Shown: positions 24,744-36,470 of the stretch, one piece after another
Layout: each line of letters opens with the position of its first letter
Position numbering within the stretch: the first letter of the stretch is position 1
Assembly: GCF_004010195.1 (NCBI RefSeq)
Contig: NC_057718.1
Location: 53,977,605 to 54,022,837 of the forward strand
Direction of reading: 5' to 3'
DNA: 45,233 nt
From: Chiloscyllium plagiosum
Lineage: Eukaryota
Made by a program: the position numbers and the translations under genes
The notes under the pieces: model-generated
Seen by the model: the letters and a program-made list of their open reading frames with translations, nothing else
Databases searched by the model: none
What the model was told of the DNA's origin: nothing

Positions 24744-25184
24744 TGTTTAGACAGGATTTGAAACTTAATCTTTCTGATTACAATATTTCCAGGAGAGCTT
24801 CAGAAAACAACAAAACGAAATGCAGTGGCAATGTGAGTAAAGGATTCTTATGAAAATTCCAACAGTGCATGAAGCAGTGTCAAAACAGCAGCCACATGGA
24901 TGAAATTAAGGAATAATAACAACACTTGCTCTACATTACCAACCACCAAACAGTTGAGATGAGATAGAGTAAGAGATCAACAAAGCACAAGAGAGTGAAA
25001 TGAAGCTATTGGCTGTTGTCAAAGTGGAGAATGATTTTTAGTATTATTTCCAAGGTTAGGGAGACCTAAGCACAACCTGGATAGAAACATTCATTGATTT
25101 CTTTCTGGGAAAAGAAATGGGACAAATAATTGATATCACAGTGGGAGAGCAATTAGGAAAGAACAGCTATAGTACAAGTACAGC

Positions 25185-25460
25185 TTATCAAATGCTCAAG
25201 GAATAGCATATCATCCTTCAATTAGGCACCTTGCAAAATTGTGGACTCAACATCAGGTTTAACAACTTTAGATCACAACAACCACATTGATTTTCTCATT
25301 CTACCTGGTACTGTGAATTGTTTTGAAGCAAGCAGTTACAGGTTTTCTGAACTTGTGCTCCATTTTTTATTTGAGTACTGCCCACTTCCTCTTGTGCCCT
25401 ATATTCCCTGTAATTATTTATCCTTCTGTGCGAACCTCCAGAGTGACATCTGAAACCAAA
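25185..25460 (+). mobile_element. Penelope-like GIY-YIG C-terminus and 3' region
   Basis: Translation QMLKE*HIILQLGTLQNCGLNIRFNNFRS matches the recalled PLE ending EQHLIFRLGTLQP.GLN..F.NF. Confidence 0.7.
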
Positions 25461-25559
25461 TATTGGGAATGGCATTAGCACATCAATCAGCACATACAGA
25501 CCCTTGGAGCAGCACATACAGACCCTTGGACCCTTAAATATTCCACCTTTAAATTGTAC

Positions 25560-26570
25560 CAGCATCACAATGGTACATGTACATGTTTGTCATTGCTTTT
25601 TTTCCCCCAAGGTGATGGTCCTTCTCTGGGGAATGTTATTCCTGTGTAACTTAGAGTTGCCCTGGTATCTCTTGTTGTTCCATTTCCATTGGAGGACTGT
25701 GGACCTCAGAACTGATGGTCGATCTCTGATGGAAAGTTTAAACCTTCCTGATTGGCTGCCTGAAGTGAAAGATTAGTTTCTCCAGGTGTGTGTTTGTGCC
25801 TGTGGTCTCAACAATATATCTGGTCAATTATTTGTACCCATGCAACATCTTGGAACCCCAACAGTGTGGAAAGAGGCCATGTGGTCCATCTAGTCTGCAC
25901 TGACCCTCTGAAGAGCATCATTCAGACTTGCCACTTCCCCCCTCCAACCCTATCTGTGGAACTCTACATTTAGCATGACTGATCCACCTAATCTTTAGAC
26001 CTGGAGAGGAAACCCAAGCATCCAGCAGAAACGCGCACAGACAAGGAAAGAATATGCATATTCCACTTGGACAATCACCCAAGACTGGAATCGCACCCAG
26101 GTCCCTGGCGCTGTGAAGCAGCAATGCTAACCACTGAGCCACCGTGCCACCCTTGGTACAACTAAGCTGCCACTTGGGCTGACTGTTGCTGAAAGCATTA
26201 AAATTTGTTCCTCCTGGCACTCCAATGCTCAACTCTGGAAATGATTTGGCAACGTTATGACAATGAAATTTGGCTTTGACCATTTCACCTTGATTTTGTC
26301 ATTCATATCTGTTGTTACTTATAGATTCTGCAGCTTTTTGTGCTAATAAAACAGCAGCTTGTATGCAGTGTCAAATTAATTTTGCATTGGACTACTTTTT
26401 GTGCTTTCAGTGAGTGTGTTTCTCCACTCAAGGATTGCCTTATACACATCTGTGCTGCAATTGTTTAATTTTGGTTATGATTCTTTTTGTAAATTTCATT
26501 GCTGCCTGAGCCTTATCTTATGATCAGGGATAGGATTCTGTGTAATGTTGAATTTTATCACCTGTTATTC
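25560..26570 (-). mobile_element. Gypsy-type LTR retrotransposon: integrase core end and C-terminus, degraded
   Basis: Minus-strand readings are SYP*S*DKAQAAMK (cf. YPQSNGKAE.AVK), DVYKAILEWRNT..SSP, KAKFHC..AKSFPELSIG...KWQL and RYIVET...RN. A SINE interrupts the region. Confidence 0.8.
25857..26152 (-). mobile_element. HE1-type V-domain SINE
   Basis: The minus 5' end is gggtggcacggtggctcagtggttagcattgctgc, followed by the V core and a CR1-like tail. Confidence 0.88.
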
Positions 26571-26936
26571 AAATGTTAACTAGTTGTCAGCCACATGCTC
26601 AGGTTAACTTTTTTTTAAATGTTTAGGGTTGCCTTATCTACATAAAGTGCAATATGAGAAAAGAGGTATTCCTTTCTGTAATCTTTTCAGCCTTCAGTAA
26701 TTGAGTTTTAATTTGGTACAGGAGAAGAAGCTGATTGGCAAGTTACTGGTAAATTATTCTACTTATTCTGATTGTTTTAAAGTTTTGGAATGGCAGGTCA
26801 GCTTGTCCATGTGGAGTATACATTCTGTGGTACATGGGAAATCAAGGATATGACCCATGCGTCCCAAGTGAACATATAAGCACAAGCTGCACAAGATTTT
26901 GGATGTAGGTTTGCTGGCTGAGCTGAAAGATTCAGA

Positions 26937-26978
26937 TCCAGACATTTTGTTACCTTACTCGGTAACATCTTCAGTGGA
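26937..26978 (-). ncRNA. Minimal type I hammerhead ribozyme motif, probably inactive (G12A)
   Basis: TCCA-CTGAAGA-T-GTTACC-gagtaa-GGTAAC-AAAA-TG-TC-TGGA. Stems I and II are intact and the GUC site is kept; GAAA has become AAAA. Confidence 0.75.
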
Positions 26979-27076
26979 CCTCATGCGAAGCAATGCTGAA
27001 AATTCCTGCTTTCTATTTATATGTTTGGGTTTCTATAAATAGAAAGCAGGAATTTTCAGCATTGCTTCACGTGAGG

Positions 27077-27118
27077 TCCACTGAAGATGTTACCTAGCAA
27101 GGTAACAAAACATCTGGA
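27077..27118 (+). ncRNA. Minimal type I hammerhead ribozyme motif, probably inactive (G12A)
   Basis: TCCA-CTGAAGA-T-GTTACC-tagcaa-GGTAAC-AAAA-CA-TC-TGGA. It differs from a canonical core only at two CpG positions. Confidence 0.75.
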
Positions 27119-30100
27119 AATGAACCTTTCAGCTCAGCCAGCAAACCTACATCAAAACCTCAACCTGCACAAGATTAATTTCAAGGCAAAGGAACTTAAG
27201 CAGTGGCTGGAGTCATTGTTGTGCATCTGTAAAGCAGAGAAATACATGGTTACCACATTTAAGGAGGTGGTCACATTGCAAGTCAAAAGTGTACAGGAAA
27301 AAAATGAATGTGTGACTACTAAATAGTCACAGAGAACGAGAAAGGCAGTGCAGGAGTCCCCCGAGTCTATCTTGCTCACTAAGTGGATTTCCATTTTGGA
27401 TATTAGTCAGAGTGATGATTCCTGAGGGGAGTGTGACAATAGCCAAAGTTATATAACTGCAGGGATCTCAGCTGCACAGGAGAGGAAGAAGAGCAGTGGA
27501 AAAGCAATAGTGGTAGTGGATTCCATAGTCAGAGGATTAGACAGACATTTCTGCAGTGGTAAATGTTAGGATAGTGTGTTACCTCCTAGGTGTATATATC
27601 AGGAATGTCACAAAGCAGCTGCAAGTTGTCCTTCAGGGATAGAATGACCAGCCAGAGGTCATGCTCCAAATTGTTCAATAAAAAAAGGTGGAAGATCCTG
27701 AAAGTATATTTAAGGGAGTTAGAAAGGAAATTAAATAGCAGGATCTCAAGAGCAGTTTTCATGGATTACACCAAGTGTCACCTACTGGTGATCAAAGGAA
27801 AAGGAAGATTGATAAATTGAAGATATGCCTAAAGAATTAATGTAAAAAGGAGTGCATCAGATTTCTGAGGCAATGGGGCCAATTCTGATGCAGATGGGAG
27901 CTGTACAAGCTGAACAGTTTACAACTTAATAAGAGTGGTGCTGATAGTCTTGCAGGGAGAGTTGCTAGTGCTGTTGGAAGGGTTTAAGCAAGCTTCTCAG
28001 TCAGAATGCAATCTGAGAGGTAACTTAAATTGGAAGAAAGTAAAGCTGCTAACATAAAGTAGCAAAGTGACAAGTGAATTTAAAAGACAGGCAAAATGAA
28101 AGCAAATACCAACTAAGCTTACAATAATGGAATAATATCAAAAAACAAAGTTAAGGACACTAACTGAATGCATGCAGCATTCGCAACAAATCAGAAATAG
28201 AGGTAAATACATATTACCTAATTTCCACACCACAAGTATGGCTGTCAGGTTACCAAGACTGGAAACTGAACATTCAAGGATGGGAAATACAAGAGAAGGA
28301 GGAGTTGTAGTACTTATAATACAAAATGGCACCCGTACCTTAGTAAAGAAGGATTCATGATCAGAAGAATAAAATGTGGAATCTGTTTGGATTGAACTAA
28401 GAAGTGACAATGAGCTTCAAACATTGATAGTTGTTGTTTATAGGTCACTGCACAGCAGTGGTAGTGTGGGGCAAGTAATTAATTGGAAGATCAGGAAAGT
28501 TTATAATTTGGGTAATACTGTAATCATGAGAGAATTTAATCTGCATGTAGACTGGTTAACCTAATGAGCATTAATAGTGTGCAGGATCATTTTCGGGATT
28601 GTATTAGCAATGGTTTTCAAGAGTAGCATGTTGAGGAACTGACTAGGAGCAAGCTATTTTAGATCTAGTATAATGTAACAATTAGTGACTAATTAATAAA
28701 CTTGCTGTGAAAAAACCTTTTGGGATGATGGATTATAACATAATTTTGTTCATTATAGTTGAAAGTGAAGGTGTTAAATTTGAAGTTGGTATTAATTTGA
28801 ACAAGTGAAGTTATGAAGGTTTGGGGCAAGTTGGCTGAGTTGCATTAAAAGGTATGACAGTACTTACATAACAAATAACCTTTAAACAATTAGTGCATCA
28901 TTTTAAAACAATGCGTCATTACTTTAAGGAATAAAAATTAAAAATAGGTCAGTCAACTGGAGGGAATTAAGAAAAGACTTTTAAAATTGCCAGAAATAGT
29001 AATAAACCTGACTGTGGGGAGTTTTAGAATACAGTGGTGGACCGAGAAATCAATAAAGAAACAATATAATATGAATATAAACTAGCAAACAACTTTCTAA
29101 AAATGTAAATTTTTCACAGATACATATGATGGAAATAATTGCTTAACTCAAATGTGTATCCAGTACAGGCAGAATGAAGAGAAGTTGTAATGGAGAATAG
29201 AGAAATGGCAGAGTAGCTAAGTGATTACTTTGAGTCTGTCTTCATTGAGGAAAGTACAGGTGATCTCCCACAATTAAACATCCAAGGGGACTAAGGAGAA
29301 TGAAGAAAGGAAGGAAACTAATATCAGGACTGCAAGTTATAAATCCCAAAACCAGGTATCTCACATCCTAGAATCTTGAAAGAGTTAGATAATGGAGATA
29401 ATAACTGAAATGGTGGCTATCTTTCAAGAGTCTATAGATTCTGGAATGGTCCCTGCAGATTAGAAATTAGCAAATGCCCTCCTGTTATTTAAGAATGGAG
29501 GGAGAGAGCAAAAAAAAAGTGAACTAAAGCCTTGTTAGACATATCAATAATGGGGAAAATGCTCAAAACTATGATGAAGGATGTGATAAATAGACACCTG
29601 GATAATAATGATCTGATTTTGCACAATCAGCAAGGATCAGAGCATCAGAAAACATGTCTGTCAAACCTGCTGAAATGTTTTGAGAAAGTTACTAACAGGA
29701 TTGATAAAGGGAATTCATCAGATGTGGAATTCTTTAATTTTCAGAGACTTTTTATAAAGTTCCCAACAGAAGGCTGGAATCAAAAGTTTAAGTACATGGG
29801 ATAAGAAGTAAAGTATTTATGTAGGTTAAGGATTGGCCAACAGGCAGAAAGCAGAAAGTAGGAATAAAGGGGTCATTCTCATATTAGCAAGCTGTAACTA
29901 GTGGGGTGCCTCAAGGATCAGTATTCAGGCCCTTTGTTCCCAGGATGGTGGAATTGTCCTATAATAAGAGATTGAGCAAACAGGCCTTGTAATCTTTAGA
30001 GTTTTAAAGAATGCGAGGTGATCTCATTGAAACCTACAAAGTACTTTAAGGAATGGACTGGGTAAGTGCAGATAAAATCTTTTCCCTGGGTGGTGAGTCT

Positions 30101-30257
30101 AAAACCAAGGGACACAACTTCAAAGAATCCACTGATGACAGGGATGAGGAGATTTTCTTTACCCAGAGAGTCATGTATCTTTGGGATTTTCCACCCCAGA
30201 AGGCTATGAGGTTGTGTCATGGAGTATGGTTAACATTGAAATTGTCAATGATATGAA

Positions 30258-30660
30258 GGCAAGGTATCTCAATAGTTAGCATTGCTGCCTCACAGTGCCA
30301 GGGACCCTTGTTTGATTCCAGCCTTGGGCAACTGTGTGGAGTTTACACATTTATGCTATGCTGTTTTCTGCCGGGTGCTACGGTTTCCTCACACGGTGCG
30401 AAGATGTGCAGGTTAGTTGGATTGGCTATGCTAAATTGCCCTCCAGTGTACAGCGGTATGCAGGCTTGGTAGGTCAGCTATGGTAAATGCAGGGGATTAT
30501 GGGGCTGGTTCTGAGTAGGATGCTCTTTGAAGGGAGCTAAATGCACTGTGAGGATCCAATGATATGAGGATAGCCTTGGAAAGAAGATATTGACATGGAA
30601 TATCCACCATGATTGTATTGGATGCTGGAACAGGCTTGATAGGCTGAAAGATGTGTTCTT
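30258..30660 (+). mobile_element. HE1-type V-domain SINE, degraded
   Basis: gttagcattgctgcctcacagtgccagggacc..tttgattcc (A/B boxes), tgtgtggagtttacacatt...ggtttcctc...aagatgtgcaggttag. Confidence 0.85.
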
Positions 30661-32600
30661 GAGTAACATTACTTTTGATGGAGCCCCATGACGAGTCACT
30701 TCGCATAGGTGTCTGAAAATCATGATGTTGTATCATGCACCAATATCTACCGGATAATCTAGGTTGACTTGCTACTCTCCTTCTGCAGTCATCATTCCAC
30801 AGCCACAAGTTATCAATCACCCATTGAACTAATTGAACCAGATTGCTGTATGGTGCAAAGTGATTTTTGGTTGATATCTTTCCAACAGATCTCTGTACCT
30901 GCTTGTTGTGCTTCCTTCTAGTCAAACTCATGTATACAAAATGATTTGGCTTCTTGCATTCTTTCTTTATATTTGGAGTATTTACATCCTGTTCTTTGTC
31001 CAGAAATTTTCAAAGAAACATAGAAAATAGGAGCAAGATGAGGCCATTTGACCCTTTTAACGTGTTCTGCCATGGCTGATCCGCCTACTCAGTATCCTAT
31101 TCCTGTTTTCAAGAATTATATCTTGAAAGCATTCAGTGTTTTGGGCTCAAATGCTTTCTGTGGCAGAGAATTTCGCAGGTTTATGACTGTTTGGGTAAAG
31201 AAATTTCTCCTCATCTCAGTCCTAAATGGTCTACCCATATCCTAAGAGTCTGATTTCTGGGTCTGAACTTACAGTTATTGGGATCATCCTTTGTACATTT
31301 ATCCTATCTAGCCCTGTTGAAATTTAATCAGTTTCTATGAGATTCCCCCTCATTCTTCTATACTCAAGTGAACATAGTTCTAACAGATCCAGTCAGTTTT
31401 CATATCTCAGTTTGTTGCACTCTCTGCATAGTCTCAGATAAGGAGAACAAAATAACATGTAATGCTCCAGGTGAGATCTGATCAAGGCACTGTATAATTA
31501 CAGTGTACTGCTGTACTCCAAACCTCTGACTATGAAGGTCAACACACCGTTTGTCTTTGTCATACCTGCTTCATTTGAATGCTTACTTTCAGCAACTGGT
31601 GTACAAAGACACCCAAGATCTTATTGCACCTCTCCCTTTCCCAAACGATCACTGTCCAATTAATGATCTGTCTTCTGGTTTTCCCAATCCAAGTTGATAA
31701 TTCCACATTTATTCACATTATCCTTTGCCTGCCATGTATTTACCCACTCATTCGAATTGTCCAAATCACACAGAAATATCTTTGCGCTCTCCTTGTGAAT
31801 TACTTTCACCCAGCTTTCTATTTTCTACAAGTATGGAGATATTACATTCACTTCCCTCATCTAAATCATTCATGTATTTGAATAGTTGGAATCCACTAGT
31901 CACTGGCTGCCACTCAGAAAATGATTAATTTATTTCTAGTTATTGCTTCCTGTTTGCCATCCAGTTCTCTATACATGTGAGTACACTACGCCCAATTCCA
32001 TGCACTTTAAGCTTGCATTCCAATCTCTTATGTATGTCTTACTGTCATTTCAGTCTTGGTGGTCTATCAACATAATGCAAGTTCTGGTCTGTTCTGTCAT
32101 GAATATGTTCTAGCTGCCAATTCACCACCTCACAACCTCAGCGAATATTGATTTGAATGTAGACTTCTCCTCACTGAGTAGAAGTGCTCACAATGTGGGC
32201 TCTTTAGGCCTAGTACAATCCTTTTATCAATTAGATCACCTAATTTCACAAATCCAAATAATTCTGTAACCGGTGTTGATGTTGACACATGTTGGTCAAT
32301 AAATTGTTTTTGATATAGAGCCCACTTGGAGTTCAAAGTGTGCCTTCTAGGCTTTCAAATTTTCTTCTGTCTATTGTGTTTTGTTCTTTGGAGAGACATA
32401 AATTGGAATAGACTTTGTAACAGTCTCTCCATGACAGAGTTAATAGTGTGGCTATTTGTAGAAGCTCTGGCTTGTTAATTAATTCTATCACAGTTTTGTA
32501 ACTTTGCTATGGAAATAGAAAATCCACTAGTTTAGCTTCATATCACTGTTTATTTCAGTGGGAGCTATGAGAGGAATATTTGCAGCTGCTGTGTCTTAGC
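30660..32600 (-). mobile_element. Gypsy-type LTR retrotransposon gag-protease remnant, split by a CR1
   Basis: Minus-strand readings are AANIPLIAPTEINSD, QIATLLTL..RDCYKVYSNL, FIDQHVS...DLIDKRIVLGL (gag), KNHFA (zinc-knuckle remnant, 30854-30868) and VDIGA*YNIM (degenerate DTG protease, ~30721-30750). Confidence 0.75.
31015..32035 (-). mobile_element. CR1 3' fragment (RT to tail), old
   Basis: The tail gaaacatagaaaataggagc is at 31015. Minus-strand gggggaatctcatagaaac and RT-region similarity extend up to ~32035. Confidence 0.85.
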
Positions 32601-33019
32601 TGCTGCTTACAGCTCTGGTTTCCTGCACCTTCCTGTGGCTTTTAGCAGTTTTCAGAAGATCTGAACACTCCTGTGTTCTCATTTAGTAGCTGTACTCTAC
32701 ACAGCTCTTCAACATTTAATCTCAGCCACATGCTAATGCCATATTATGAGCTCACAGGACAATGCTCTCACATGTATTGAGCTCACATGTATTGGAAGAT
32801 AGATGCTGGCAGGAAAGTCACACGACTATGACAAGCCAGGAGGCACATTAGCACAACATATTGAATTTATATTCCAAACACAGTCTGTAAAATGTTATTG
32901 TTCTCATTTATATGAACATCAAAACTATGCTAGTTTCTTCCCTTTTGTGCCTTTGGATGGCAGTTGTTCATGAATCTACCGTTCACTCCTTGGATAGGCC
33001 TAGGTTTGTGTGTTGGAGG

Positions 33020-34236
33020 CCACATTTGTCAAGGGCAGGTCGTGTCTCACAAACCTCATTGAGTTTTTTGAGAAGGTGACCAAGCTTGTAGATGAGTATA
33101 GGGCAGTTGATGTTGTATACATGGACTTCAGTAAAGCCTTTGATAAGGTTCTACATGGTAGGCTGTTGGAGAAAATGCAGAGGTATGGGATGGAGGGTGA
33201 TTTAGCAGTTTGGATTAGAAACTGGCTTTCTGAAAGAAGGCAGCGAGTGGTGGCTGATGGAAAATATTCAGCCTGGAGTTCCGTTACTAGTGGTGTGCTA
33301 CAAGGATCTGTTTTGGGACCACCAGAGGCATAGGTGGGTGGATTAGTAAATCTGCCGATGACACTAAAGTCAGAGGAGTAGGGGTCAGTTTGGAAGAATG
33401 TTACAGGTTGCAGGGGGACTTGGATAAACTGCAGAGAGGTGCAAATGGAGTTCAATGCAACTAAATGTGAGGTGTTGCACTTTGGGAAGAATAACAGGAA
33501 GGCAGAACACTGGGTCAATGAAAAGATTCTTGGTAGCATGGATGTGCAGAGGGATCTTGGAGTCCATGTACATAGATCCCTGAAAGTTGCCACCCAGGTT
33601 GATAGTGCTGTTAAGAAGGCAAAGGGTGTGTTAGGTTTCATTGGTAGAGAGATTGAGTTCCAGAGCCACAATAATACACTGCAGCTATACAAAATGCTAG
33701 TGCGACTGCACTTGGAATATTGTGTACAGTTCTGGTCGGCATATTTCAGGAAGGATGTAGAAGCATTGGAAAAGGTGCAGAGAAGATTTACCAGGATGTT
33801 GCTGAGTCTGGAGGGGAGGTCTTAGGAGGAAAGGCTGAGAGACTTGGATCTATTCTCATTGGAAAGAAGGCGGCTAAGAGGGGATTTGATAGAGACATAC
33901 AAGGTGATCAGAGGATTTGACAGGGTAGACAGTAAAAGTCTTTTTCCTAGGATGATGATGTCAGCTTGTACGAGGGGGCATAACTACAAATTGAGGGGTG
34001 ATAGATTTAAGACAGATGTCAGAAGCAGGTTCTTTACACAGAGTGGAAAGGGTGTGGAATGCTCTACCTGCCAATGTAGTTAACTCAGCCACATTAGGGA
34101 GATTTAAACAACCCTTGGATAAACACATAGATGATGATGGGATAGTGTAAGGGGACAAGCTGAGAATAGTTCACAGGCCAGCGCAACATTGAGGACTGAA
34201 GGGCCTGTTCTGTGTCGTATTGTTCTATGTTCTATA
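33020..34236 (+). mobile_element. CR1 RT-to-3' fragment
   Basis: FVKGRSCLTNLIEFF, YMDFSKAFDKV, GVLQGSVLGP (a short deletion follows), SADD, LYKMLVRLHLEYCVQFW, and the tail tgttctatgttctat. Confidence 0.95.
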
Positions 34237-34836
34237 TATAGATGTATAGCACAGAAACAGACACTTCAGTCTAACTCATCCGTACCAACTAAATATCCTA
34301 AAATTAATCTAGTCCCATTTTCCAGCATTTAGCCCATATCCCTCTAAACCCTTTCTATTCATGTACCCATCCAGATGCCTTTTAAATGTTGTAATTGTAC
34401 CAGCCTTCATCACTTCTTCTGGCAGCTCATTCAATACACACACCACCCTTTGTATGAAAATGTTGCCCCTTAGGTCCCTCTCAAATCTTTCCCCTGTTGT
34501 TACCTTAAACCTATGCCCTCAGGTTTTGGATTCCCCTACCCTAGAGAAAAGACCTTTGCTATTCATCCAATCCATGCTCCTCATGATTTTATAAACCACT
34601 ATAAAGGTCCGCCCTCAGCCTCCAAAACTAGAGGAGAGCCCCAGTCTATTCAACTTGCATATAGCTCAAATCCTCCAATTCTGGCAACATTCTTGTAAAT
34701 ATTTTCTGAACGCTTTCAGGTTTAATGATATCTTTCCTATAACGGAGACCAGAATTCAATGCAGTATTCCAGAAGTGACCCAACCAATGTCCTGTATAGC
34801 TACAACTAGACCTCCTAACTCCTATACTCAAAACAC
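34237..34836 (-). mobile_element. CR1 3' fragment, tail-to-tail with the previous copy
   Basis: The reverse complement of the same 3' region seen at 42570-42856 (aaaaggcatctggatgggtacatgaatag). Confidence 0.9.
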
Positions 34837-34847
34837 TAGCTAATATC

Positions 34848-35118
34848 ATGGCCTCTACAAACTTGAAGGATAAAGAGATCAGAAGCATGGAAACACCTCC
34901 ATTCACAGGTTCTCTCCAAATCACACACAATCCTGATATTACCATACCTCCACTGCCTCTGGGTCAAAATTCTCGAACTACCTTCCTTACAGCTAGGTAG
35001 CATAACTACACCACATGGACTGCATCAGTTCAAAATGGCAGCTCACTAACACCTTCATAAAGGCAATCAATGTTGGTTTAACCAATGACTCCCATACACA
35101 TCTGTGAACAAAAAAAAT
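34848..35118 (+). mobile_element. 3' end of the same LINE family as 16725-20200
   Basis: cactgcctctgggtcaaaattctcgaactaccttcctta...catggactgcatcagttcaaaatggcagctcac parallels ~20020-20120 and ends in an A-run. Confidence 0.75.
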
Positions 35119-35269
35119 GGTGACAAAAATGTGTCTATCTCCTCTGTTGTATCAAGGTGGCTGTGGAGAGGGTCATGGCTGCTTCTGGGGCTTTGTAGCC
35201 TCCACAGTGCAGGGAAAGTACAAATAAAATGGTCAGATTCACCTCAATGGAATCCAAGGCATTTGGAAA

Positions 35270-35676
35270 GTAGCTGACACAGATCATGTCCATCATGCAA
35301 ACCAGCCTCAATCTATTGACTCCATCAATACTTCCCACTGCCTTGAGAAAACAACCAACACAATCAAAGACCCTTCCTACCCTGGTTATACTCTCTGCCA
35401 CCCTCTTTCATCAGGCAGAAGATCTAAACGTTTGGATGTATGTGCAAATAGATTCAAGAACAGTTTCTTCCCCACGATTATCAGACTTGGGAATTTCTCT
35501 CTCAAATGTTCATTCTAATCCTCTCTCTCTCTGCAACTACTCTGTGGCTGTAACACTGTATTCTGTACTCTGTTCTGTTACCTTGCCGTACTTTATATGG
35601 TATGATCTACATGTATAAGCACACAAAACATTTTGCTCTGTATCTCGTTACATGTGACAACAATAAAATCAATCAA
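35270..35676 (+). mobile_element. Rex1/Babar-type LINE 3' end
   Basis: TIKDPSYPGY..., SGRR and RFKNSFFP motifs, ending caataaaatcaatcaa. Confidence 0.8.
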
Positions 35677-35734
35677 TTCCAGTGAATTTTGACTGAAAAC
35701 ATGTTCCTGTCAACCCCAGCCTTTTAATGGTAAC

Positions 35735-36470
35735 AACTCTCAATGTGAGCAAAAGAGGAGAAGCGATCCCTGAATTCAGGAAGAAAGGAAGAGGGCATGT
35801 CCCTATCTACATCAATGGAGCTGAGATGGACAGGGTCGAGCGCGTCAAATTCCTAGGAGTGACGATAACCGACAATCTATCCTGGACAACCCACGTAGAT
35901 GCAACCATCAAGGAGGGACAACAATGCTTCTTCCTCAGGTGACTTAGGAAATTCAGCATGTCCGTAAGGATCCCCACCAACATTTACAGACGGACTACTG
36001 AAAGCATTCTATCCAGGTACATACTGGCCTGGTACAGCAATTGCTCTGCCCAGGACTGTAAGAAACCACAGACCGTTGGGGTTACAGCCCAGACTGTTAC
36101 ATAAGGGAACCTCCAATCGATGGACTCCATTTAAACTTCTCATTGCCTCAGAAAGGCTACCAGAATCATCAAGAACCCCTCCCACCCCAGTAATGCTCCC
36201 TTCCAACTTCCATCAGGCAAAAGGTACAGAAGCTGAAACACTCATACCTGCAGGTTCAAGGACAGCGTCTCCCCTGCTGTTAATAGACTGCTGAATAGAC
36301 CCCTCAAATTTCAAATCATGTTGATCTTTGCTTTGTGCATCTCCTTTGTAGCTGTAACCTGTGCGCCTCATTCTGTTTAAGTACCCTATAATCTGTCTGT
36401 CCTTGTTTGCATTGCTCACAAAACAAAGCTTCTCACTGTACATATGTACATGTGACTACAATAAATCAAA
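35735..36470 (+). mobile_element. Rex1/Babar-type LINE 3' fragment
   Basis: LNVSK..FRKK..HVPIYINGAEMDRVERVKFLGVTITDNLSWTTH, ESIL and RFKDS motifs, ending caataaatcaaat. Confidence 0.85.

Larger units (their letters stand above)
26899..27164. mobile_element. Fold-back Penelope-like insertion (two ~123-bp inverted arms) with a 12-bp TSD
   Basis: Arms span 26899-27021 and 27034-27157 around a 12-nt spacer. The direct repeat ctgcacaagatt lies at 26887-26898 and 27165-27176. Confidence 0.88.
26650..30255 (+). mobile_element. Old near full-length CR1 LINE (ORF1 + ORF2) with an internal RT deletion
   Basis: ORF1 starts ATGGCAGG at ~26789, with an AIVVVDSIVRG esterase block at ~27500. APE pieces GGVVVLII, ESVWIEL and VIMREFN follow, then TCLSNLLKCFEKV. 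After GVPQGSVF (~29905-29930) the sequence jumps to the 3' end, so the FADD core is missing. Confidence 0.88.

Noticed and set aside
25488..25530. Tandem 21-bp duplication cagcacatacagacccttgga
   Set aside because: Two copies separated by one base: an ordinary slippage duplication inside TE debris.
26899..27157. Palindrome as a pre-miRNA, classical MITE or assembly artefact
   Set aside because: The arms differ by substitutions, there is a 12-bp TSD and an asymmetric extension, and hammerhead cores are present. An inverted Penelope-type insertion explains it better.
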